IMG/VR virus record: IMGVR_UViG_2808606540_000001
Coordinates: 61,095-125,094 of that record
Length of the DNA: 64,000 nucleotides
Origin: a virus
Strand: one strand, 5' to 3'
The position numbers were made by a program, and so were the translations under genes. Below the pieces are notes generated by a model, which did not search any database, was not told the DNA's origin, and was given only the letters and a program-made list of their open reading frames with translations. Below are positions 21,026 through 30,633 of the stretch, piece by piece (the stretch's first letter is position 1; each line of letters opens with the position of its first letter).

Positions 21026-22423
21026 TTATACTCCATATTCCTTACTAAATGCCTCCATTACAACGCTTTCTGCTTTGTTGGGTTCTTTGTACTCCTGATC
21101 ATCTATAACCCTCATATCGCTGTCCAGAGCCTTATAAAAAGAAGGATATTGCTCTAGGTATCCAATTGTATATGTAATTCCTTTGATGGTGGATTTTACT
21201 TCTATAATGGTTGGTTTCATGGTGGGATGCTCCTTCTTTTTGTAAGATTGTTTCCTTTCAAAGAGACAATTTATAGGGAATTATGCTGTGTATTCGTAAA
21301 CTCCCATCTGGACTAATTCTTTTCTTTTGGCAAATTGTTCATCCAGTATATTTTTTAATTTTTCACTAGGTAGATATAGGCTTCCGAAGATATTAGATCC
21401 TTTATATTCAGCTAATCCCTTACTTTCTAATGACTTCAAAATATCATCTTCCTTGAGCCCTCTTCGACCGTCAAAAGTAACTTCTAAATGAACAAAAGTT
21501 AATTTATATCCTTCAAAACATTCTACTTTCTTATTTGCTCCATCCATTTTAAATGCAAATTGTTTCATATCCTCGTATGCTTCAGATATATAATTTTCTG
21601 ATATTACTTCTCTAACTGAAATGTATTCGCTTGAAGGTGATAATTCTAATTGTGCATATACGTTCTTCTTCATATTAATTCCTCCAATTAATTTATGTAT
21701 TTGTTTAACTTGTTACCCTTATTTTAATACAAAACAAACTAATAAACAAGTATAAACATATAAATTAACCAGAAATATTTGAACTTTTTTTCTGCTGCTG
21801 GATCATAATATAAAAACGCTCTTTAATTGGAATTAGGCAAAAAGAAAAACCAGCTTGTTAGGCTGGCTTAGATTGCTTTCCAATACTTATTAAGGTTACT
21901 TAGCATTAAAGCAGCTGAAACGCTCTTTGTTGCCCCTCTGTGACTGTTTAAATACCATTTACCATTATCCTCTGTAAGGATCATTTCTAAGCCTGTAGCG
22001 ATTGATTTATAGGCTGTGCCGTTGGTAAGTTTCATGGTTATTGACTCCTTTTAGTTTATTTTTTAATTAAACATTCAAACTCCCAAATGCTCCCGTTTAC
22101 TCTCGAATACTCCTGTTTTCAAGCCATCCCATCTTATAAAACTACCCTTTTATAGGGAATTGATTTTTCTGGTGAGTGTGGTAAAAGAAAACCTCTCCAA
22201 GCGGAAAGGTTCAATTGGCTAATAACTTAATTGCACAGTCATTTTTCTTTTTAAGATGAGTAATTACCCATTTAGAGTAACTCTCATTCTCAAGGTAGGC
22301 TAAGAAACTTTCATATTCTTTTTTAGCAACTTCCAAACCATTTTCAAACACGTTATCCATGATCAAATGGTACATTTTGTTTTCTAACTCAGCTAATTTC
22401 TGAACGTCTTTTTTACTTAACAT
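21026..22423 (-). CDS. Small hypothetical genes (21026-21220, 21281-21673, 22211-22423); the last two have their own sigmaA promoters
   Basis: ORF track; GGAGG-type RBS; promoters at 21721-21749 and 22482-22510. Confidence 0.6.
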
Positions 22424-22932
22424 AATATGTATCCTCCTAATCCCTTTCAGGGAGCTATTTGTTAACCTCTTATTAATTATTATTATACATTAGTTTGTTT
22501 TATATTACAAGTAAAAGTTGGTGGATTTTTGGCGTTTTTTTTTTGATTTATTTTTTTTATCGTCCCTAAGAAGGCTCGTCATTTGCTACACAGTTTAACA
22601 GATCATATGCTTAGTGTGAGTATGCAGCTTGTTTAGTTTCCTTCTGGAGTTGAGTAAAAAGCAAATAACTTCGTCAAAGTTATAAAAACACGCTTGCAGC
22701 ATGTCTTTATAACTTTGGTTTATTCATTTATTTGTCGAGGTAAAAAAGGACACATCCTCCAACTAATAATGGAAAGATATGTCCTTTTTATATTTTAAAA
22801 ATTAACCTTACGGTATATGTATAATATTTAACTATTCACTGTGTATTATATGTATATAGTGGTAGAATACTTAGATAGGAAAACAGGCTAAAAAGTGGCT
22901 AAAACCCTTATATATCAAGGGATTAAGGTTAT

Positions 22933-23020
22933 AATTTAGGTACAATATTTTATACCTATTAAAAATAGCAAGCCTTATTATAATATGTATTTTGCAATTT
23001 AGGTACAAATATTTATACCT
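22933..23020. repeat. Two copies of an imperfect palindrome AATTTAGGTACAA..A.TTTATACCT just downstream of the RepL-like gene
   Basis: Direct repeats at about 22933 and 22996 with AGGTA-N10-TACCT symmetry. Confidence 0.65.
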
Positions 23021-23623
23021 TTATTTAATTGTTTCATCTTTAGACTTCTTCTTATTATCGTAAAACTCTTTGATATCCTTGTCTATATTCTTACCTTTAA
23101 AGAATAAATTCGGATTCATGAAATACTTACTTTTCCTTTTATCCTCTTCCTGCTTCTTTTCGTACAGTATTTCATTTTCAATTAGTGATTTAACTGTTTT
23201 AGATACTTTATTCTTATGCCAACCTGTAATTTCTATAATATCCTTCTGAGTTAAATATGTACCGTCTTTATTGATTAAAGAGTTATCCTCATAGTTGAGA
23301 TATTTAGAAAGCCATGTAAGAAAGCCTAGTATTTCAAAGTTGATTATTTCTTTATTCATTAGCCTTTCCATCTCCGTTTCATACAGCTTTATAAACTTAC
23401 TGCTACCTTTCCATTTAACCTTAGATGTATCCTTAACATAAAAGCCTAGTTGGACACCATCCATTTCTAATCCATGTGATTCCAGAAAGTCCATTACTGC
23501 ATTTGTACCGATTCTATGCCCAACCTCCTGCATCTGAAACAGAAGATCCTTTTTATTAACATTTGTCATATAGCCACTCCTTAAATAACTGTAAAGATAA
23601 ATTAACTGATTAAGTAACACCAA
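23021..23623 (-). CDS. RepL-like winged-helix DNA-binding protein
   Basis: LTQKDIIEITGWHKNKVSKTVKSLIENEIL...YFMNPNLFFKG; likely start at MTNVN. Confidence 0.65.
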   Translation of the reverse strand: MVLLNQLIYLYSYLRSGYMTNVNKKDLLFQMQEVGHRIGTNAVMDFLESHGLEMDGVQLGFYVKDTSKVKWKGSSKFIKLYETEMERLMNKEIINFEILGFLTWLSKYLNYEDNSLINKDGTYLTQKDIIEITGWHKNKVSKTVKSLIENEILYEKKQEEDKRKSKYFMNPNLFFKGKNIDKDIKEFYDNKKKSKDETIK

Positions 23624-23631
23624 TTAGATTA

Positions 23632-23817
23632 TTAATCTATTGATTTGAATAACGTTTTATATTCTTCTTGAGCTTGTCTTAATTGATCAGAACGTTCATA
23701 CAGCCAAAACTTTTTAAGTGTAGTTTCGTGTAAAGCTGCTGTGACATAATCAAGTTTATATCTGTTCTGGATAAACTTATGTAACGGCTTAGAGTAACAG
23801 AAGAAATACTTTGACAT
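23632..23817 (-). CDS. Small hypothetical protein (YFFCYS..L..F motif)
   Basis: AAGGAG RBS; 61 aa. Confidence 0.65.
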   Translation of the reverse strand: MSKYFFCYSKPLHKFIQNRYKLDYVTAALHETTLKKFWLYERSDQLRQAQEEYKTLFKSID

Positions 23818-24710
23818 TTAAATAACTCCTTTCATTAGTTTATTTAATTATAGAGGAATTCTGACCCGGAAAAAAGTACAGACTTATCCCGTTTAAATGT
23901 CCCTCTACTATCTTATTATATCTATTTATCTGAAAATGGCAACCGAAAACGGGAAGTTTTTTAATTATTTTTTAATGAATATAGTTAGGATGAAAATGTG
24001 AGTGAAAAGAAAAAGACCAGCTGAGAGGCTGATCCTTTGGGTGGTTATCGTTTGATGAGATTAACAAATGGTTTCTTAGATAAGTCAATGAGATTTCTTT
24101 TAGTAAGATTAATCATTGGAATGTGCCTCCTTTCTATGTGTGATTAAATAGTTTACTTCGTTATCTTAGCAGTATACTTCCGGTTAACTGTAGATTTAAT
24201 ACTGATTGTGTCGTCTAGCCATTTGGAAAGCTTGAATACTTTTTGAGTTGTCATGGGATTATTCCTCCTGTTAGGTGGGTTATTATTGTTAGATTGATTA
24301 GTATTCATTAGCTTAATTCAACAAAGCTGCAATTCATATACTCGATGACTTCATCATTGTAGACAATCTTAGTTGAACCTTCACGCTGATAACCTTCATA
24401 TACTTTTACCTTTGTACCTTCTGGAATGTAAGTTTCAATTGTATCGTCAATGTATACGTCAAACTTGATGGTTAGAGTTTTCATTAGTTGGCTCCTTTTG
24501 GCTGATTGCCGTTTATTTTGATCTGGTTTATTAGTTTAACTTGTTTTGTTTATGTAACCTTTACCTATAAGTAATTATAGCATGGATGGGAATGTTTGTA
24601 TAGTTTTATTTGATTGTTTTTTATTAAAATTAACATTAAATTTTTCTCTTTCTAATATAAATTAAACTAATATATGTTATAATTAGGTATAAAACAAAAG
24701 GAGGAATTGA

Positions 24711-26060
24711 ATGGAGTACACAGATCAGGAATTAAATTTGATGAAAGGATTGGAGGATTTACCTAAGAAGCCGTGTAAAGTTTGTTTAAAGGTATTACCA
24801 GTTAGTAATGTTTTCTTTAGACCAGAAAAGAGGCAGAAGGATGGCTTTGAAAATAAGTGTAAAGTTTGTAGAGGTGGAATATATTTAGATGGAACAACTA
24901 AAAAAGGATCAACAAGTATTAATATAGAATTAAACAAATTTAGCGTTGAAGAAGCTTATGAAAACTTTTTAATCAGCAATACTTTACCGTATCAATCGTT
25001 TATCCTGGATAATCATATGTATATTTTTTATTACATAATTGAAAAAGAAAATGTAGATACAAATACCTTGAATACTATAGATAGAAAATGGTTTCAAGAC
25101 AGAAGATTATACAGCTCATTATTAAGACTATATAACGGAAGTATATTCAAGTTTATTGACGCAGCTTACCCTAATAAGTTTAATGCATGGGATTTCATTA
25201 CTGTTGGACGAAAGTATTGGAAGGTTAGAGAGAATAGAATTGAAGCTATAAGATGGTTAATAGATCAACTATTAGATGATGGTACATTGGAGAGTATTGA
25301 TGATATACCTAAAGTAATTAATTACACATCATTCAATGATAAATCAATAAGTAAATTACTTGGCTATTATGAATCAATGCATGAAGCCATTGAAGAGATA
25401 TATCCTAATAAGTTTTACATATGGCAATACAGTTACTATCCAGAAGGATTCTATGATAGCAAAGAGAATAGAGCAAGATGTTTAAAGGAATTAGTGCATG
25501 ATTATTTAAAGTTAGATGTAATAGATATACCCAAAGTGTTGAGTTATGAATACTTTAACTTATGTCATCATGATAAGTATCTAATGAGATTTAAATACAT
25601 ACTGGATAGATATTATGATAGTTTATATGACTATGTAGATGAAGTGTTTCCTAATATGTTCAATAAGAGAGATTTACCGTATAAGAATGGATATAGTACA
25701 TTAGACAACATAACAGTTAGATCAGAGCCAGAAAGAGCTATACATCATTACTTAATGGAGTTAGATATTAATTATAAATATGGTGACTATGTAGGAAGAA
25801 TGAAGTTAAACGGAGTGAATGTGCTGCCTGATTGGTACATATATAAAGGTGATAAAATTGTACTGGTTGAATATTACGGAATGCTAGATATGAATAACGT
25901 GGACTTTGGATATAATGATAAGTATGAAAAGAAAGAGAAACTATATAAGGAATTATGTGAGTTAGATAATACATATGAGTATATGGCAGTATATAAAGAA
26001 GACTTAGAAAATGGATTTTCTGGATTTAAAGATAAATTAATTACATATAATATTATTTGA
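24711..26060 (+). CDS. Putative free-standing endonuclease: Zn-ribbon, DUF4046-like repeats, C-terminal PD-(D/E)xK-like domain
   Basis: CKVC/CKVC; repeated YPNKF..W...YW; VRSEPE...PDWYI...VEYYG. Confidence 0.6.
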   Translation: MEYTDQELNLMKGLEDLPKKPCKVCLKVLPVSNVFFRPEKRQKDGFENKCKVCRGGIYLDGTTKKGSTSINIELNKFSVEEAYENFLISNTLPYQSFILDNHMYIFYYIIEKENVDTNTLNTIDRKWFQDRRLYSSLLRLYNGSIFKFIDAAYPNKFNAWDFITVGRKYWKVRENRIEAIRWLIDQLLDDGTLESIDDIPKVINYTSFNDKSISKLLGYYESMHEAIEEIYPNKFYIWQYSYYPEGFYDSKENRARCLKELVHDYLKLDVIDIPKVLSYEYFNLCHHDKYLMRFKYILDRYYDSLYDYVDEVFPNMFNKRDLPYKNGYSTLDNITVRSEPERAIHHYLMELDINYKYGDYVGRMKLNGVNVLPDWYIYKGDKIVLVEYYGMLDMNNVDFGYNDKYEKKEKLYKELCELDNTYEYMAVYKEDLENGFSGFKDKLITYNII

Positions 26061-26088
26061 GATGGTGTTAACTGTCTCTTTTTTTGTG
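26059..26088 (+). terminator. Intrinsic terminator
   Basis: gagatggt-gtta-actgtctc + T run. Confidence 0.6.
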
Positions 26089-27050
26089 CAGATAATTATG
26101 AGGTCATATGAACGTGAAATTATAATATTAAGCAATTAAATGTGAGTAGACGTATGTAGTATTGAAAACTACGTAGTATGATATTGATAAACATATAAGC
26201 AAATACTTATATAAGAGATGAAGCAATGCGTCAATGTTATATGCGATTTCCTTTTATTATATAATATATGAGCTGCAAAAACTGGATCATCTGGAGAATT
26301 AAAAAATTTTAGCTTGTACAATCAATGTAATCGGCTGAGATGCTGCTAATTTGCAGGAATTGTATAGGAAGGTACGCAGAATGAATCTTCTACGTACGTT
26401 TTTTAGAGTATCCGGGGCTATATTAACATTTCTAATTGATAGTCATTCTCAGTTATCAGGGGCAGCACATTGGGTCACAGGGGCTAGTGGGAATTTGGCA
26501 CGATTGAAAAAAAGTTGAATCGTTTGTGCAATCGTCCCAACACGATTCAATCCCTTGATACGTCTACATTTTCAATTTTCACCTGATCCTCTATTCACCT
26601 CAATTTCACCCCTGATCAAGCCCTTTCCACCTGTTCACCCTCACTAAATCCCATTAAATCAACGTTTGAACGATTCCACTCCTCATCTAACCTATCTATC
26701 CCTCCATTTCATCCACTCTAATCCCCTCCAAACCCTTACCATTCCTACGTTTTCCTCATCTCTACATCACTCTCCTATGCCTTCTCACGATAACATTTAA
26801 TCGTACCTATCCCTATTCACCTCATAATCCACCCAAATATCCCACAAATCCCTCTACAGCAACGTTTATCCAACTTTTAATCCTCGTTTCCTATCCAATC
26901 CACTCTAATTTCCACTGGTACGATAACAACTTTTTCTACTTAATTTCATCCTGATCTATCTCAACTAACCTACCGGGGGGATAAATTTACACCAATATAA
27001 AAAGGCAGCCTATATGGACTATCCTACTCTGAAAACGACCTATTTTAATC

Positions 27051-27177
27051 CACATCCTATTTATGCAGGATAACCTCCTGATCATGCAGTATACACATCC
27101 TATCTATGCAGTAAACAAATCCTATTTATGCAGTATCTAAATCCTGTTTATGCACTAAACAATTCCAGTTCATGCAG
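27051..27177. repeat. Six tandem 22-bp iteron-like repeats (consensus CAnATCCTATTTATGCAGTAnA)
   Basis: ATGCA cores at 27063, 27084, 27106, 27128, 27150, 27172 (spacing 21,22,22,22,22), next to an AT-rich tract at 27185-27265. Confidence 0.85.
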
Positions 27178-27298
27178 CATAAACAGGTATGTATATATAA
27201 AGGTTTCAATATAAAGATAATTAATATTAATATACACTTTAAGATACAGTTGAATATACAGTATTTAAAAAGCCCAAGTTGCCTTGGACTTTTCGGAA

Positions 27299-27922
27299 TC
27301 AGAATAAGTTTTGGTTCACAATGTAGTGGTTGTTGTATCGGTCAAATATCAACTCATCATTTTCATCATATTCATATGTAGTTTCAAGTTTATGTCTGAT
27401 TATCTGTATCAGTTTATTTTTCTTTAATGATTCATTTGCTTGATGTATTGTATCACTCCCCATTTTCAATTTTAGTTTCAAAGTCTCAATCCCAACAAAG
27501 CAATAATTCAATTTCTTATTGTCTTTAAGGTTAATGTGGCTCTTATAATAAAACAATAACCTAAACGCATGTTCATTGATTTCATTTAAATGGTTAAATA
27601 CCTTTTCATCCATCATCGTGAAGAATTTATTCTCCTTTAATACTTCCCCATTAAACAGAACAATTATTTCTCCTTTCTTCGGCAGACTACTAATCTTGTT
27701 TAGAATCAAGTTAGCCTTATATAATCCATCAAATCGCTTCTTCAGTGTTCTGGTATCACTTATATGCAGACTCCTCATCAACTTCTTATGATCCATCTTA
27801 ATTTCTTCATTCCTATAATTCCTGAAATATTGGAAACATAATCGTGCATACAGTAAGAAGCAACCATTATCTATAAATATATCCTCATTTCTAACCACAT
27901 GGGTCGGTACTTGTACATGCAC
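27299..27922 (-). CDS. Tandem winged-helix protein, putative replication initiator
   Basis: Two related repeats (FLLYARL... / FRLLFYYK...YCFVGIETLKLKLKMGSDTIHQANESLKKNKLI) resembling HTH-type initiators; coupled to recD2; next to the iterons. Confidence 0.55.
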   Translation of the reverse strand: MHVQVPTHVVRNEDIFIDNGCFLLYARLCFQYFRNYRNEEIKMDHKKLMRSLHISDTRTLKKRFDGLYKANLILNKISSLPKKGEIIVLFNGEVLKENKFFTMMDEKVFNHLNEINEHAFRLLFYYKSHINLKDNKKLNYCFVGIETLKLKLKMGSDTIHQANESLKKNKLIQIIRHKLETTYEYDENDELIFDRYNNHYIVNQNLF

Positions 27923-30207
27923 TAATTAATCTCTCCTAGAATCAACTTTTTCAAAAATGTATTCCTCGTGCTACCATGATCTGTTTCTATTGCCATATGT
28001 AATGCAGCATTCTCACAAATCAATACTAACTTCTCTGAGGCACGAGTCATAGCAGTGTACACCAATTGTTTACTAAGCATCTTATAAGCTACAAAATCAA
28101 ATGTAGCCAATATATTCTTCACACCCATGCCCTGTGAACGATGTATGGTGATAGCATATGCTAATTCAATCATTGAAAGCATCGGCACATCATACACTAC
28201 AAATCCTTCCACATCCTCGAATTCAATCAATGTTTCTTTTTTCTCAAAGTTAATCCGAATAATCCTTCCGATTGTCCCATTGAACACACTCTTCTGAGCT
28301 ATTCCCATTTCAATCATTGTCTCTTCATCTAATCCACTAATATCACATTCAATATCATCATAAGTTTTCATATCCGGTACAACAATGGCTGAATAGTTAT
28401 TTCCGCTATGGATAACCTTATCATCTTCCCTAAAATGGTATCCTCCACGTTCAATAGAATCCTTCTCAATATCATTGAACACTTTTTGCAACTCAATATT
28501 TAGATTCTTAACACTGTTTTCCCCTCTTTGTTTCAATGCTGTGAGGATCTGATACTCATGGAACCAACTCTGACCATATTTATTAAGGAATCCTTTTGAT
28601 ATTTCAATAATGTCACCGAAGATATTTTCCCTGTCCTTACGTGGAATCAGAACAAAGTCATTTAATTCTCCATATGTCTTACTATCAAAGTCGTAACGGT
28701 CATTGATTTGCTGACCTTCTCGTACCTTATTAGCTTCCATAAGAATCCCACTCTTCTGAGCTTGTCTATGCACCTTTGTTAATTCCTTACTTGGATAATG
28801 ACCTGTGGAAAGTAGATCATCAAATACTGCTCCGACTCCTATGGAAGCCAATTGAGCGTTATCGCCCACAATAATAATCTTTCCTCCATCTGGAATTGCT
28901 TGAAGAATGCTGTAAAACAAGTAAGCATTAGCCATAGAGGACTCATCCACCACTACAATGTCATACGGCAACTTATCCTCTTCGTTAAAATGAAACTGTC
29001 CATTGCCACCCACACCTAACATTCTGTGAATTGTACTGGACTTCAAACCTTTTGAACCGAGAATCTTCGCTGCCTTCCCGGATAACGCACATGTCATATA
29101 ATTATCTTTAGGATGTGCTTTAATAATCCCCTGTAGAGTAAATGTCTTACCTGAACCAGCTTTACCATTGAGCACAAAGACTCCACTCTGCTTAGAGATA
29201 CGGATAGAATCCCTCTGCTCATCTGTAAATGTGACTCCAAGAGATTCTTCTATCTCAGCAATTAGTTCCTCAACGCCCTTCCCGCCCTTTTGCTGATATG
29301 TATTCATCAATCTGTCTAGGTGTCGTTTAATTTCTGATTCATATTGATAAAATTTCTTCAAGGAGAATAGCTCACCATCAAAATAGAACCTTTTCGGATT
29401 TTCTTTTATTTGATTAATTACGTTTATAATTTTTACAGTAGGAATATCTAATAGATTCTCTGCTTTGGTAATCAAAGACTCAACGTTAATCCAAGAATGT
29501 CCATCATTAGCGTTTTCTTTAACAATATGCTCAAAGCAGGACTTAATCCTATAGACTGATTCAGGATCATCTCCCCTCTTCATGGCATACTCATCAATCC
29601 TCTTGAATGAGAACATATCAACTTCAGTTAGAATATAAATATTCTCCTTAATCTTATCAATCAAGACATCCTGCGAACCAAAGTGATCCACCAACTTCCT
29701 TAAGGAGTTCATACTAATCTGTAAATCTTTTAATTCAATAAGAGCAACCTGCAGATTCTCATACATAGTTAATTTACCGATTACCTGTTTAAGCTTCTTT
29801 TCCTTCACTCCTTTTACATTGTTTACATCTACTTTTCCAGCCTTAATGAAATCAACAATCATCTCATTTGGATAGGCAGCAATAATCGCATTGGCATCCT
29901 TATTAGATACAACCTGTCTAAGATACTCCTGTTGTTCCTCAATTGTATTTAATTTTCTTGCCTTAATCTCGACAAATGAATACCCATCGCCATATTTCTT
30001 ATGCTTGCTCGGTACAATGGAGAAGTCATATGTTTTCCCCTTGATCAATTGAGGACATGTTCCGGTTACTACAAACGTATTATAATCCTCATTTACATTT
30101 ACCTTTTCTGATGAACGGATCGGTGTAAATGAATATACTCCGAACATATCCCTGTAGAATAATTCTTTTGACACTACCGCTTTAACTTCAATAATTTCAC
30201 TATTCAT
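27922..30207 (-). CDS. RecD2-family SF1B DNA helicase
   Basis: GKAGSGKT Walker A, VVDESSM, GDNAQL, HRQA, AYAITIHRSQG, YTAMTRA, N-terminal HhH region. Confidence 0.92.
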   Translation of the reverse strand: MNSEIIEVKAVVSKELFYRDMFGVYSFTPIRSSEKVNVNEDYNTFVVTGTCPQLIKGKTYDFSIVPSKHKKYGDGYSFVEIKARKLNTIEEQQEYLRQVVSNKDANAIIAAYPNEMIVDFIKAGKVDVNNVKGVKEKKLKQVIGKLTMYENLQVALIELKDLQISMNSLRKLVDHFGSQDVLIDKIKENIYILTEVDMFSFKRIDEYAMKRGDDPESVYRIKSCFEHIVKENANDGHSWINVESLITKAENLLDIPTVKIINVINQIKENPKRFYFDGELFSLKKFYQYESEIKRHLDRLMNTYQQKGGKGVEELIAEIEESLGVTFTDEQRDSIRISKQSGVFVLNGKAGSGKTFTLQGIIKAHPKDNYMTCALSGKAAKILGSKGLKSSTIHRMLGVGGNGQFHFNEEDKLPYDIVVVDESSMANAYLFYSILQAIPDGGKIIIVGDNAQLASIGVGAVFDDLLSTGHYPSKELTKVHRQAQKSGILMEANKVREGQQINDRYDFDSKTYGELNDFVLIPRKDRENIFGDIIEISKGFLNKYGQSWFHEYQILTALKQRGENSVKNLNIELQKVFNDIEKDSIERGGYHFREDDKVIHSGNNYSAIVVPDMKTYDDIECDISGLDEETMIEMGIAQKSVFNGTIGRIIRINFEKKETLIEFEDVEGFVVYDVPMLSMIELAYAITIHRSQGMGVKNILATFDFVAYKMLSKQLVYTAMTRASEKLVLICENAALHMAIETDHGSTRNTFLKKLILGEIN

Positions 30208-30226
30208 TCCATCACTCCTCATTTTT

Positions 30227-30397
30227 TTATAATCCTAAATAATCCGTCCACAGTATGTATTTGTCTTCAGGGATCTTTCTCTCCCCTTTTTCCATGTATG
30301 TAATAAAAGCATTGCTGCATCCCAATACCTTCGATAATTCACTTGCTTTGATTCCTAAGGTAATTCTTTTAATCTTTAATTCAAGTCCACTGAGCAT
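30227..30397 (-). CDS. 56-aa XRE HTH protein heading the recD2 operon
   Basis: Hand translation MLSGLELKIKRITLGIKASELSKVLGCSNAFITYMEKGERKIPEDKYILWTDYLGL; GGAGGTG RBS. Confidence 0.75.
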   Translation of the reverse strand: MLSGLELKIKRITLGIKASELSKVLGCSNAFITYMEKGERKIPEDKYILWTDYLGL

Positions 30398-30633
30398 TTC
30401 TTCACCTCCGTTCCGTTAAACTTTTAACTTAACTTTATATTAGTTTATTTTATTTTAAAAGTCAACGATAAACAAAATAATTGCACAAAAATAGTTTCCT
30501 GATTTCTCCTTATAATATTCATACTTTCTAACTTTACAACCTTCTCCGCACTATTGGTATTCTCGGATATATTCCTTCTGAGTTTCCCTTACAATAATAA
30601 GGAAAAATAGAAAGAGAATGACAACTACACATG

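Noticed and set aside
26436..26450. Fur-box-like TGATAGTCATTCTCA
   Set aside because: Two mismatches to consensus and no adjacent gene or iron-related function.
27051..27177. 22-bp repeats as a mini CRISPR array
   Set aside because: Repeats are tandem with no unique spacers and no cas genes are present; iteron-like instead.
27172..27381. 69-aa plus-strand ORF over the AT-rich tract
   Set aside because: No RBS; overlaps the repeats, a terminator and the opposite-strand gene.
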